From assembly GCA_964539655.1 (NCBI GenBank), contig CAZIJH010000001.1:74052-138051 (forward strand): a stretch of 64,000 bases of DNA, written 5' to 3'. A program made the translations under genes and the position numbers. Below, in pieces: positions 1 through 9,944 of the stretch (position 1 is its first letter; every line of letters begins with the position of its first letter). This DNA comes from an uncultured archaeon (lineage in GTDB: Archaea; Aenigmatarchaeota; Aenigmatarchaeia; CG10238-14; SCSR01). The notes under the pieces were generated by a model, which did no database searches, had not been told where the DNA came from, and saw only the letters and a list, made by a program, of their open reading frames with translations.

Positions 1-930
1 AAGAAATTTTTTCTATCGCATAATTAGTCAGACCTGTTTCATTCTTGTGCACATTTTCCATTCCGAGTCTTTTCAGATAATCTATTGCCGACCCGAACGC
101 TATCGCGTCTGCTATGTTTGGAGTTCCTGGCTCGAATTTCCAAGGCAGGTCTGCCCACTTCGATTCGTAAAGTGATACAGATTTGATCTGTTCGCTGCCG
201 CGCAATGCGGGCTCCATATTTTCCAAAATTTCCTGCTTTGCAACCAGCCCACCGATTCCAGTAGGTCCTAGCATCTTGTGTCCAGAAAAAACAAAGAAGT
301 CGGCGCCGAGTTTTTTGAAATCTATCGGCATATGCGGAGTTGACTGCGCGCCGTCTATCAAACATAACGATCCGTTCTCGTGCGCAATTTTTACAATCTC
401 CTCGGCCGGATTTACAGTTCCCAAGACATTCGACACATGGGTGGCCGTCACGAATTTTGTTTTGTGCGAGATTTTGTTTTCGAGATCCTGCATGTCGAGA
501 GTTCCGTCCTGCCTGATGTTCGCATATGTGAGCTTGACTCCGCGTTTGAGGAGAAGCTGCCATGGCACGATGTTCGAATGGTGCTCCATTACTGTCGTCA
601 CGATTTCGTCACCTTCTTTGAGATTCCAGAACGCCCATCCGTACAGTACATGGTTTATCGCTTCTGTTGCTCCGCGTGTCCAAATCAGTTCTTCTTTCTT
701 TGCGTTTAGAAAATCTGAAACTTTCTTTCTCGCGTTTTCGTAATCGTTCGTGGCCTGCTCTGCAATTTTGTAGACGGCCCTGTGCACGTTTGAATTTTCT
801 GTCGCATAAAAATTCTGCAAGGCTTCGAGCACCTGTTTGGGTTTTTGAGTGGTTGCAGCGTTGTCAAAATAAATAAGGTCCTTGTTATTCTCGAATATCG
901 GGAAATCTTCCCTGATTTTGTTTGCGTCAA
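1..930 (-). CDS. sufS: Cysteine desulfurase SufS (class V aminotransferase), C-terminus outside window
   Basis: Reverse-complement translation from ATG at 930 gives MKMFDANKIREDFPIFENNKDLIYFDNAATTQKP...HHSNIVPWQ...SGHKMLGPTGIGG (PLP-Lys motif). No stop before coordinate 1. Not in the ORF track because it runs off the edge. Confidence 0.85.
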
Positions 931-2114
931 ACATCTTCATCACTAAATTTTTGTTCGATTACTTCTAAAAACTTTTGTTTTAAGCTGACATTTACGTTTT
1001 TCAATACGGATTCAAAAAATCCTTTAAGAATAATTTTCCTCGCACTGTCCTCTTCGATTCCTTTCGACATAAAATAGAACAATTGGTTCTCGTCGATCTG
1101 GTCAACTGCGCTTGAATGGCTTGCCCGTTTGACGTTTTCTTCTTCAATTTCCAAGCACGGAACAGTGTCGACTTTGGAATCGTTTCCGATAAGCATTTCC
1201 CGTTGGACTAGGCTTACATCAGCATTTTTCGAACCTTTCTTGGCAGATATTGTCCCTTTTATGTATCCGCCCGATTTCTCGGAAAAAATTCCAAAAGTGT
1301 TTGATTCTATATTGGAAAATTCCGAATTGGTATCGAAATTGGACGAGATATCAAATCTTTGCGATCCGCTACCGAAAATTATCTCAGAATTTTTCAATTC
1401 AGAATGAGAATTTTGCAAACTTCCGTTGGTTCTTGTTCTGATTTTTTCTCCGCCGAATATTCCTGAAAAAATATTTATTTTGGAATTCTCTTTCATGTGG
1501 CAGACTTTGTTGATGAACGAAATCGTTTTTTGATTCAAGTTTTGCAGAGAGACGTAATCGATTTCTGAATTCTCTTCAGAAAAAATGTCCAAACGCAAAG
1601 ACTGTAAAGAAGAGGTTGTTCCTTTCGAAAATATTTCTTCGATGATCAATAATTTCGAATTCTCGCCGACAAAGACCACGCCTTTAGAAATTACTGGGTT
1701 CTCGACATTGGTCCTCAAGACTATAGGATTAGTAATTCTGATGTTAGCTGGAACATGTAGGAAATATCCGCAGTTGAAGAATGCATTCGTAAAAGCTGAG
1801 AACTTGTCGTCGTTTTCAAACAATTTGTTCCTCACCTCTGTGAAATCCGGATTTAGGATATCGGAGATGGGCAGTATTTTCACGCCTGCTCTCTCGGCCG
1901 CTTTTGGCATCTCGAACTCTATTTCGCCTTGGTCCATTTTCAAATTAAGCAGGTTGTAATCTTCTTTTTCTGAATATTTTTTGAATACTGCAATTTTCTC
2001 GTTGGGTAACTCTGAAAAAAGTTTGAAAGAATCGATTCTATTTTTTAATACAATGTCAGACTCCCCGTTCAATTCGGAGAGATTCTGGATTGTTTCTTTA
2101 GTGAAGCAACCCAT
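927..2114 (-). CDS. sufD: Fe-S cluster assembly protein SufD
   Basis: 395-aa SufB/SufD-family C-terminal beta-helix region, immediately downstream of sufB and upstream of sufS in the same operon. Confidence 0.7.
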   Translation of the reverse strand: MGCFTKETIQNLSELNGESDIVLKNRIDSFKLFSELPNEKIAVFKKYSEKEDYNLLNLKMDQGEIEFEMPKAAERAGVKILPISDILNPDFTEVRNKLFENDDKFSAFTNAFFNCGYFLHVPANIRITNPIVLRTNVENPVISKGVVFVGENSKLLIIEEIFSKGTTSSLQSLRLDIFSEENSEIDYVSLQNLNQKTISFINKVCHMKENSKINIFSGIFGGEKIRTRTNGSLQNSHSELKNSEIIFGSGSQRFDISSNFDTNSEFSNIESNTFGIFSEKSGGYIKGTISAKKGSKNADVSLVQREMLIGNDSKVDTVPCLEIEEENVKRASHSSAVDQIDENQLFYFMSKGIEEDSARKIILKGFFESVLKNVNVSLKQKFLEVIEQKFSDEDV

Positions 2115-3496
2115 CAGCCAATCACGTCCTTCATTTCCAGATTTACGAGGCGGTTGAATTCTATTGCGTATTCAAGCGGAAGTTCTTTTGTAAACGGACT
2201 TAGAAATCCCTGTACGATCATTGTTTCGGCTTCGAGTCTGCTAAGCCCCTTGGATTGAAGATAAAAAATCTGGTCGTCGCTTATTTTTCCGACAGTTGCC
2301 TCGTGCGCGAAGCTGACATCCTTCTCGTGAATTTCGTTGCACGGATACGTGTCCGATCTGGACCCCTCTCCCATCAGCAATGCGTCGCACTTGGAGCTGA
2401 CTTTCACATTTTTGGAATTTTTAGAAACATGTACGAATCCCCTGTAGCTCGACCGTCCTCCTTCGGTAGAGATTGATTTTGAAACAATTCTCGAGCTTGT
2501 GTTTGGCGCAAGATGAATGATTTTCGCTCCCGTGTCGATCTGTTGCCCCTTGCTAGCGAACGCGATTGAAAGGAATTCGGCTTTTGCTTTCGGCTCCATG
2601 AGGTACACCGAAGGGTATTTCATGCTCACCTTGCTTCCCACGTTTGCATCTACCCATTCCACTGTAGAATTTTCATAAGCATGCGCGCGTTTTGTCACGA
2701 GATTGTAAACGTCCTTGCTCCAGTTTTGGAGAGTCGTGTATCGCACGTACGAATTTTTGTGCGCGACAATTTCGACAACGGCCGCGTGCAAAGCGTCCGC
2801 ATAATACTTCGCAGCCGAGCATCCTTCCACATAATGAACCCTGCTCCCTTCTTCGACAATTATCAACGTCCTCTCGAATTGGCCCATCTTTGGCGTGTTG
2901 ATTCTGAAATACGCCTGCAATGGAAATTCAACTGTAGTGTTTTTGGGGACGTAAATGAAGCTTCCTCCGCTCCATGCGGCCGTGTTAAGTGATGCGAACA
3001 TGTTGTCGCCGAACGGAACGACGGTGCCGAAATATTTCTTGACGATTTCCGGATACTCCCTGACAGCGGTGTCCATGTCGCAGAAAATCACTCCGATCCT
3101 TTTCAGCTCTTCTTTTATGTGGCCGTAGATTGCTTCGCTGTCGTACTGCGCTTCGAGTCCTCCCAAACTTTTTTCGGCGTCGGAAACTCCCAGCCTTTTG
3201 AAAGTGTCTTTGATTTTTTCAGGCACCTCTTCCCATTCGTCTTTTTTCTCGGCCGCCTTTGCAAAATAAACTATCTCGTTGAGATTCAGTCCGCTAAGAT
3301 CGGGACCCCATTGTGGCATGTTTTTTTGCGTGAAATGCTTGAAACCAGCCAGTCTGTTCTGTAGCATCCATTCCGGCTCGCGTTTCATTTTGGAAATATT
3401 TTTCACAGTCTCTTCGCTGAGCCCCTTCTCGCCTACAAACTTGTAATCAATGTTGTCGGAAAATTCGTATTTTGAATGCTCTATAATCGGGATCAT
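2114..3496 (-). CDS. sufB: Fe-S cluster assembly protein SufB
   Basis: 460 aa, conserved SufB core (…GEGSRSDTYPCNEIHEKDVSFAHEATVGKISDDQIFYLQSKG…), between sufC and sufD. Confidence 0.85.
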   Translation of the reverse strand: MIPIIEHSKYEFSDNIDYKFVGEKGLSEETVKNISKMKREPEWMLQNRLAGFKHFTQKNMPQWGPDLSGLNLNEIVYFAKAAEKKDEWEEVPEKIKDTFKRLGVSDAEKSLGGLEAQYDSEAIYGHIKEELKRIGVIFCDMDTAVREYPEIVKKYFGTVVPFGDNMFASLNTAAWSGGSFIYVPKNTTVEFPLQAYFRINTPKMGQFERTLIIVEEGSRVHYVEGCSAAKYYADALHAAVVEIVAHKNSYVRYTTLQNWSKDVYNLVTKRAHAYENSTVEWVDANVGSKVSMKYPSVYLMEPKAKAEFLSIAFASKGQQIDTGAKIIHLAPNTSSRIVSKSISTEGGRSSYRGFVHVSKNSKNVKVSSKCDALLMGEGSRSDTYPCNEIHEKDVSFAHEATVGKISDDQIFYLQSKGLSRLEAETMIVQGFLSPFTKELPLEYAIEFNRLVNLEMKDVIG

Positions 3497-4236
3497 TGTG
3501 TCACACCGCCAAGAAATTTCTCGTATCCGTTCGCCTCGATTTCCTTGGCGAGTTCCTCTCCGCTGGATTTCACAATTTTTCCGTCAACCATCACATGCAC
3601 GAAATTGGGGCGGATATAATTCAAAATTCTCTGGTAATGCGTAATCAGTAATATTCCCAAATTTTCATTTGCAACCTGCTTGATCTGGTCTGCGACATTC
3701 TTCAACGTGTCGACATCCAATCCGGAATCTGGCTCGTCGAGTATCGCAAGTTTCGGCTGCAAAATTTTCATCTGCAGTATTTCCGCGCGCTTCTTTTCTC
3801 CGCCCGAAAAATTTTCATTGACATTCCTGTCAATAAATTCCTGGGAAAAGTTCGAATCCTTAATGTGTTCCTGCAGCATTTCCTTGAACTCCATCACAGA
3901 AACTTTTTCTTTCAGCGCCGAATAAGCTTCGCGCAAGAATGTTGTGTACTGCACGCCCGAAACTTCTGTCGGATTCTGCATGGCGAGGAATAATCCCAAT
4001 TTTGCGCGCTTGTCAGGAGAGAGATCGTTTATGTTTTGTCCGTCAAGTAATATTTCTCCGCTTTCGATTTTATATTTCGGATGACCCATCAAAACGAGTG
4101 ACAGGGTGCTTTTTCCCGATCCGTTCGGTCCCATCAGTGCGTGAATCTCTCCGGTTTTGATTGTCAAACTAAGGCCGTTGAGTATTTTTTTTCCATCGAC
4201 CGATACGTGCAGATCATTTATTGTTAATTCAGACAT
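3493..4236 (-). CDS. sufC: Fe-S cluster assembly ATPase SufC
   Basis: 247 aa ABC ATPase: Walker A GPNGSGKST, ABC signature LSGGEKKR, Walker B LAILDEPDSGLD. Confidence 0.9.
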   Translation of the reverse strand: MSELTINDLHVSVDGKKILNGLSLTIKTGEIHALMGPNGSGKSTLSLVLMGHPKYKIESGEILLDGQNINDLSPDKRAKLGLFLAMQNPTEVSGVQYTTFLREAYSALKEKVSVMEFKEMLQEHIKDSNFSQEFIDRNVNENFSGGEKKRAEILQMKILQPKLAILDEPDSGLDVDTLKNVADQIKQVANENLGILLITHYQRILNYIRPNFVHVMVDGKIVKSSGEELAKEIEANGYEKFLGGVTQ

Positions 4237-4299
4237 ACAAAATACAACAATGTTATATATTTTAATCTTTATAGCTTTTTAAGAATTTTTGATCAAAAT

Positions 4300-4692
4300 T
4301 TAATGTTTAACTAAAACTGGGATTTTTGCTTTTTGGCCATAATTTGTTTTGAGGCCGGCAGCTTCCAATGCGCGCAAAAGAATTTTAGCATCTCTTTTTC
4401 TCAGCCTTATTTCAAAGGTATCCGTGAACTTTATTCGTGTGCCTTTATACAATTGCACATTCTGTGGAACAGCGACGCCTCTTTTCCTGCATCCTCTTAT
4501 GACGTCATCATAAGTAGGTGTGCGTATATAATCGAATTTTTCGATTCCCCTTGTACTTAAAATTGGTAATATGTTTAGAACTTTTACATGATTTTCTCTG
4601 TACTTATTTAGAATGTATTGTTTAATTTTATTATATTCTGTAGTGCCAATTTCATTTTTTGGGTTTTTATTTTGGGAACAGTAATCTCTCAA
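4300..4692 (-). CDS. Hypothetical basic protein
   Basis: 130-aa ORF in an AT-rich segment with protein-like composition but no motif I recognise. Confidence 0.35.
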   Translation of the reverse strand: MRDYCSQNKNPKNEIGTTEYNKIKQYILNKYRENHVKVLNILPILSTRGIEKFDYIRTPTYDDVIRGCRKRGVAVPQNVQLYKGTRIKFTDTFEIRLRKRDAKILLRALEAAGLKTNYGQKAKIPVLVKH

Positions 4693-4702
4693 TTTCCATT
4701 AC

Positions 4703-5044
4703 CTACCTATATGGAGAACGATTACTGTATTTCGCTGTGCCAGCTTCGTCCAAAAATCTCGTATTTTTTGGAGCAGGATAAACGAATTTTCCAAATTTCT
4801 TTTCTCTTTCTTGTCTTTCATCATCAAATTTTTTGATAATTAATTTAGCAATTACTTTGCTTCTTTCTTCTTCGTCTGATAAAAGTTCCTCCAATCTCTT
4901 GACATTATCCGAAGAATAGAAAGGTGGCACATCCCCGAACATTTCACCAATTTCCTTAATTCTATGCAAACAGGATTTGTTGAATAAAACTTTTCGATAT
5001 CTTCTTTGCTCGTTTCGAGCTCGAATATTCCAGATACCATACAA
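4703..5044 (-). CDS. Hypothetical protein
   Basis: 113-aa ORF, charged/helical composition, no recognisable motif. Confidence 0.3.
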   Translation of the reverse strand: MYGIWNIRARNEQRRYRKVLFNKSCLHRIKEIGEMFGDVPPFYSSDNVKRLEELLSDEEERSKVIAKLIIKKFDDERQEREKKFGKFVYPAPKNTRFLDEAGTAKYSNRSPYR

Positions 5045-5083
5045 AAAAATAATTAAGTGATTGGCATTTATATGCTTTTGTTT

Positions 5084-5917
5084 TTATAGGCTTTCGAATT
5101 TGTGACCTAACTTTTCTAAAATATACTTCATTCTCAAAGAATCATGATCGAGAAGAGGAGATTCGCAGATTATCGTAATGTCAATCTTCCTTTTTAATAT
5201 CTCTTTTGCGAGCGGCTCGAAATCTGGATTTTTATTTTCAATGGGCACATGAACATCCACGAACTCTCCTCTGTTGTTTTTCTTGACTGAAGAAAAGTGA
5301 GAATTGATGTGTTTTATTTTGGCCCTTCCCAAACTTTCGATAATTTCTCCGTAATTTATTTTTCCGTTTCCGGCCACGAACATGTGACCCCAATCAATGT
5401 AAGGAATTATCTGTTTGATTTTTTTGTGCAATTTCAGTGTCTCTTCTAGAGTTCCGAACTGGCTTTTCTTTCCCATCGTTTCCACGCCGAGATTGACATT
5501 TTTTATTCCGGCTGTTTTCATCCTGTCGAGAATTTCTCGCATTCCGTTTTCGACTTTTTCAAAATCATTTTCCTTTCCGAGTCCGCTGTAATACGCAACA
5601 TGAATCGCGACCGCGTCCGCATCCATTATCTCCGCGCGTTCGGCCGAATCCAAAATTCTTTTCTTCGACGCCTCGACAATTTTTTCGTCCTTCGAGCAAA
5701 GATTGATGTAATACGGAGCGTGGACCGAGAGCCTCACGCCTACTTCCTTCGCTATTTCTCCGACTTCCCTCGCCGACTGGTTGGAAAGATTGACCTGCCT
5801 GACAAATTCGATTTCCATAGCGTTCAGTCCGATCCTTGCGACTTCCCTGACGCCCTGTGCTGTAGGCTTTCCTTTCATGCTCAGCGGTATTCCTCCGGGA
5901 CCGAGAAATATTTTCAT
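5084..5917 (-). CDS. nfo: Endonuclease IV / AP endonuclease family 2 (xylose-isomerase-like TIM barrel)
   Basis: 277 aa with a His/Glu/Asp metal-ligand pattern typical of Nfo (…HAPYYINL…, …AIHVAYY…, …DWGHMF…). Confidence 0.6.
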   Translation of the reverse strand: MKIFLGPGGIPLSMKGKPTAQGVREVARIGLNAMEIEFVRQVNLSNQSAREVGEIAKEVGVRLSVHAPYYINLCSKDEKIVEASKKRILDSAERAEIMDADAVAIHVAYYSGLGKENDFEKVENGMREILDRMKTAGIKNVNLGVETMGKKSQFGTLEETLKLHKKIKQIIPYIDWGHMFVAGNGKINYGEIIESLGRAKIKHINSHFSSVKKNNRGEFVDVHVPIENKNPDFEPLAKEILKRKIDITIICESPLLDHDSLRMKYILEKLGHKFESL

Positions 5918-6013
5918 ATATTCTCCTTGGTCGACTATCAGATAAAATTAAGTGAAATTCATTTGTTGGGTGATTGGTAAGTCTTAAATCTCTTGCTGGT
6001 GTAATTTTAAGTT

Positions 6014-7264
6014 ATGCAGCAGCAGACAAGGCTGTTCAATTCGCAACGGGAAGTCATGTTGAAAGAGATAGAGGACAGCGTGGAGAAAAGCCGAAATGAG
6101 ATAGTCAACTTCATGAGGTCCTACGAACTGAAAATCAGGACTGGATTGGACGAGGAGATTATTCCCAGGGTGCTCAAGATTCTGGATTCGATTCCCGACG
6201 CAAAAAAACCTATAGTTATAACTGCCCCGCACACGGCGACAATCAACGGAAGGACTTACGTCTCCACGATCGAAGACTACATCGATATTTTCAAGGATTT
6301 TCCTCTTTTGATGCAAAGTTTTTCCGACCTGTTTTTGGAAAATACCGTCAGGTCCGATGTCACTCCGTTCTTTCCGGAAAACAGGCTGTTTTTCGAGGAC
6401 TTTTCGAAATTTGTGAAAATGTACGGAAAGGTGGACGCCGTGTCGGAATTCGAGGACATGTTCAGGAAAAATTGCAAGTACATGGTGAAAAACAGGAAAG
6501 AATTCAACACGCAGAAAAGAATGGTGACCAATCCGATTTTCGGCCTGATAGGAATTACGGAGCCTTACGAGATGATGGAGCTGCTCGACAAAATAGAACT
6601 GATTTTGGACGAGAACGGTTATCCTTTTGACGAGCTTGAACACTGGAATATGGTGAGTGAAAATGCTCTTGCCGTAAGGAAGCCTAAATATGTTCCAATA
6701 GAATATAGGGAAGTTTATTTCCCTCATTCTGACATAGAGGCCTATCTTTTCGGAAATAATCCCGACGAAGAAAGAATCAAGATCCGCCACAAATTGGAAA
6801 TATTGGAGGACAACGAATCGAATACGGATAATTTCCTGTCTGACGAAGAAACTGGGATTGCAAAAAGCTTTATCGGATTCATGGACGGTCAGGCGTACAA
6901 CGCTTCCAGGAAATTGGAAAGGGCGACTCCTAAAACAATTTCACAGACGGTTTCGGACCTCATGAGACAGTATTCATTTTCAAATGTGATGAAGGTTTCT
7001 GACAAGTCATTCTTGGGCTTGAGCAGCGAAAGGATTGCGAACACTCTTATAAAATATTGGAATGTCAGCCACGTTAGGTCTCTCCTGGAGGAGGAGATAA
7101 GCGACACAAGGAGAACTCTCAACAGCTTCCCGATTATAAAATCGATAAAGGTTCCTGTTTATGACGATGGGAGTAATAACGAAAATTGTAAGAGCAGATA
7201 TTCGGCAAGCCGTCCTGAAATTGAAATGGAAACTCAAACTCGGCAGCTGAAAATTATTGCTTGA
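6014..7264 (+). CDS. Hypothetical cytoplasmic protein (416 aa), no recognisable domain
   Basis: Long ORF with genome-typical K/E/D-rich composition, sitting between nfo and polX. The antisense ORF 5984..6790 is compositionally implausible. Confidence 0.6.
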   Translation: MQQQTRLFNSQREVMLKEIEDSVEKSRNEIVNFMRSYELKIRTGLDEEIIPRVLKILDSIPDAKKPIVITAPHTATINGRTYVSTIEDYIDIFKDFPLLMQSFSDLFLENTVRSDVTPFFPENRLFFEDFSKFVKMYGKVDAVSEFEDMFRKNCKYMVKNRKEFNTQKRMVTNPIFGLIGITEPYEMMELLDKIELILDENGYPFDELEHWNMVSENALAVRKPKYVPIEYREVYFPHSDIEAYLFGNNPDEERIKIRHKLEILEDNESNTDNFLSDEETGIAKSFIGFMDGQAYNASRKLERATPKTISQTVSDLMRQYSFSNVMKVSDKSFLGLSSERIANTLIKYWNVSHVRSLLEEEISDTRRTLNSFPIIKSIKVPVYDDGSNNENCKSRYSASRPEIEMETQTRQLKIIA

Positions 7265-8978
7265 GAATTTTCAGCATGTCGTCTGCTTTTTTCGTGTTGA
7301 TCACATCTTTTTCCTCAAGCCATCCCCTGCGTGCCTGGGCTATTCCCAATTCGAGGAAATGAAATTGCAACTTGCTGTGGCAGTCCGTGTCGATCGAAAA
7401 ATTGCATCCATGTTCTTTTGCAAGTTTCACGTGTTCGTCCTTCAGGTCGAGCCTGTCGGGATACGAATCTATTTCCAAAACAGTTCCAGTTTCTTTCGCC
7501 TTGTCGATGACTGCCTCGATGTCGACTTCATACGGCGGCCTTCTGCCTATCAGCCTTCCGGTCGGATGGAACAAAATATCCGCGTTCGAATTTTCCATCG
7601 CAGAAATTATTCTTTTCGTCATCTCTTCTCTCGGCATGTTGAAAAATGAATGCACTGCTATGCCGACAACGTCGAGCTGTTTGAGCACCTTGTCATCTAT
7701 GTCGAGAGTCCCATCTTTCAGTATGTTCACTTCTGCGCCCGACAAAATTCTGAATCCCGACAAACTTTTATTCAGTTTTTCTATCTCTGCTTTCTGTTGC
7801 AATAATTTTTTCTCGTCGAGCCCTCTTGTCATAGCGAGAGTTTTGGTGTGATCCGTTATCGCAATATATTCCAGTCCGAATTTTTTCGCGGCTTCAGCCA
7901 TTTCTTTTATGGAATTCGTTCCGTCTGTCCAGTTTGTCGTAACTTGCAGGTCCCCTTTCAGGCTTTCGTATCCGATCAGCTTTGGAATTTTATTTTTCTG
8001 CGCAAGATCTATCTCTCCCGTGTTCTCTCTCATTTCTGGTGGCATCCATTGCAGCCCGAGTTTTTCATAAACTTCTGCTTCGCTCTCACCCGCGACCTGC
8101 CTGTTGCTCCTGTTGAAAATTCCGTACTCGCTCAGTTTCAATTTTTTCGCGATTGCGATTTTTCTAAGAGCAATGTTATGGTCTTTGTTTCCTGTGAAAT
8201 ATTGCAGCGCTGCGCCGAAACTTTTCGGAGACACGACCCTCAAATCGGCGTCGATTCCGATTTTCAATCTCACCGTGGATTTTGTGTCACCCTTCCCGCT
8301 CACGTTGACAACTTCTGGCATGGTTGTGAAAAAATTCATAACCTTGTCGGGTTTGTCCGACACGACTAGAAAATCCAGATCACCGACAGTCTCTTTCATT
8401 CTTCTCGACGATCCCGCGAGCGCGGACATTTTCACGTCCGGCAATTTTCTTAACCTCAATTCGATCTCCCGTGCGAGCGGCAAGACTTGTCCGAGCAGCA
8501 ATCTTCCCTTGCCCGTTTTCAAAAATTCTATTCCTTTCAGAATTTTTTCCTGGCTCTTTTTCCCGAAATGGGGAAGCTTTTCGATTTTTCCCTCCCTCCC
8601 GACTTTTTCCAGATCCTCTATGTTTTTCACTTTCAATTTTTCATAAAGAACCTTCACGGTCTTCGGCCCCACACCTTCCACTGAAGTGAGACTTTCCACA
8701 TCCACCGGAATTTTTTTCTTGAGTTCCTCGTAAAATTTCAGCCTGCCGGTCTTGATGAGTTCTTCTAATTTTTCCGCAATGCTTTGCCCGATTCCAGGGA
8801 TTTTCATTAGACCTTCGAGTCCACCTTTCTTGTAAATTTCAGAAACTTCTTCCGTAAGTGATTCTATCGAACGTGCTGCCTTCTCGTACGCGCGCGGCTT
8901 GAAATATTCTCCCTGCATGTCGAGGTAGACAGCTATGCTGTAAAGAATCTGAGCAATTTCGTAGTTGCGAATTGCCAT
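7254..8978 (-). CDS. Family X DNA polymerase (Pol beta-like core + C-terminal PHP phosphoesterase domain)
   Basis: 574 aa: HhH motifs (GIGQSIAEKL, GVGPKTVKVL), nucleotidyltransferase GSSRRMKETVGDLDFLVV, and PHP His/Asp motifs (ITDHT, HSFF, FSIDTDCHS). Confidence 0.85.
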   Translation of the reverse strand: MAIRNYEIAQILYSIAVYLDMQGEYFKPRAYEKAARSIESLTEEVSEIYKKGGLEGLMKIPGIGQSIAEKLEELIKTGRLKFYEELKKKIPVDVESLTSVEGVGPKTVKVLYEKLKVKNIEDLEKVGREGKIEKLPHFGKKSQEKILKGIEFLKTGKGRLLLGQVLPLAREIELRLRKLPDVKMSALAGSSRRMKETVGDLDFLVVSDKPDKVMNFFTTMPEVVNVSGKGDTKSTVRLKIGIDADLRVVSPKSFGAALQYFTGNKDHNIALRKIAIAKKLKLSEYGIFNRSNRQVAGESEAEVYEKLGLQWMPPEMRENTGEIDLAQKNKIPKLIGYESLKGDLQVTTNWTDGTNSIKEMAEAAKKFGLEYIAITDHTKTLAMTRGLDEKKLLQQKAEIEKLNKSLSGFRILSGAEVNILKDGTLDIDDKVLKQLDVVGIAVHSFFNMPREEMTKRIISAMENSNADILFHPTGRLIGRRPPYEVDIEAVIDKAKETGTVLEIDSYPDRLDLKDEHVKLAKEHGCNFSIDTDCHSKLQFHFLELGIAQARRGWLEEKDVINTKKADDMLKILKQ

Positions 8979-9021
8979 AATTGTAGATTGTTTTCCTGAA
9001 TTTTAAGCATCGAAAAAAAAC

Positions 9022-9180
9022 TTAGACGAACAGGCGTGCGACGATTTCCAAAACAACTATTCCGACAACGATGTAGATGACCTGCTTCGGCTCGATCTTG
9101 ATTTTGTTCTCTTCTTCCTCTCCGTACCTCACGAGCCCGCCCATCCCAGACGGCATGTACGTTTTTTCTTCCTTCGACAT
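9022..9180 (-). CDS. Preprotein translocase subunit Sec61-beta/SecG (52 aa), absent from the ORF track
   Basis: Translates to MSKEEKTYMPSGMGGLVRYGEEEENKIKIEPKQVIYIVVGIVVLEIVARLFV. This matches the archaeal Sec61-beta pattern (AGL[I/V]RY, acidic stretch, C-terminal TM). Confidence 0.7.
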   Translation of the reverse strand: MSKEEKTYMPSGMGGLVRYGEEEENKIKIEPKQVIYIVVGIVVLEIVARLFV

Positions 9181-9216
9181 ACTATCTACCTGTAATTTTG
9201 GATTTAAAAATGCTTA

Positions 9217-9900
9217 CTATCGAAGTAGCTTTCCGTATTTGGATTTAAGAACGCTGTCAAGTATCGTCTTAAGATCCCTGGTATTGCCTACCATGGCATA
9301 AGGGTTTGTGGCATATATTTTTTCCGGAGTGCCGTACCCACATGTCAATGCCGTCGTAAGTATTCCAAGTCCGTTTGTGACTGGAATGTTTTGTGACATG
9401 TCCTCCACATAAATCCAATCTTTGAAATCTACGCCGACAATTTTTCTCGCAATGTTGTAGCAGTTTTCATCAGTCTTCGGAAATCCGATGTCTTCTCTTG
9501 TTATGATTGATTGGAAATACTTCCCTAACCCAAATCTTTTCACACTGTACGTGGTCCTTTCTTTTGAAGCGCCGGTAAGTATGACTTGGGGATAATTTTC
9601 CGAATACTCTTCCAGCAATTTGTCTATACCAGGCGTGAGTTTGATTAATGGTTCATCTGTTAATGTGCCGCGTCGCCATTCGACGTCGATGTTGTTTAGC
9701 AACTCTTTAGATGTCATGCCCAGATTTTGGGCAATTACCTTTGGATTTGGGTAGGAAGCCTGCTTGAGTTCTTTCATTGTAATCAGTGGGCGTGGCATGC
9801 CGTGCTTTGTCAACACAGTGTTGTAGACGTGAAGCGTATAATCTAACATGTGAATTATTACGCCGTCAAAATCCCATACAAAAAGGGGAACCTGCTCCAT
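9217..9900 (-). CDS. HAD-superfamily hydrolase
   Basis: N-terminal DxD motif (VWDFDGVII) and downstream HAD motifs; 227 aa. Confidence 0.65.
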   Translation of the reverse strand: MEQVPLFVWDFDGVIIHMLDYTLHVYNTVLTKHGMPRPLITMKELKQASYPNPKVIAQNLGMTSKELLNNIDVEWRRGTLTDEPLIKLTPGIDKLLEEYSENYPQVILTGASKERTTYSVKRFGLGKYFQSIITREDIGFPKTDENCYNIARKIVGVDFKDWIYVEDMSQNIPVTNGLGILTTALTCGYGTPEKIYATNPYAMVGNTRDLKTILDSVLKSKYGKLLR

Positions 9901-9944
9901 AGCAAGTAATCAATAAGTTAAAAATAAGAAGGCGTGCTGGCCGT

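Noticed and set aside
183-743. ORF-track + strand ORFs (183..743, 380..709) and minus ORF 39..563 across the first 900 bp
   Set aside because: They are antisense or out of frame relative to the true sufS reading frame (minus strand, from ATG at 930). Their translations are low-complexity and non-protein-like, whereas the sufS frame gives a clean PLP-enzyme sequence.
5984-6790. 268-aa minus-strand ORF
   Set aside because: Antisense to the well-formed 416-aa + strand ORF. Composition is R/F/H-rich and atypical for this genome.
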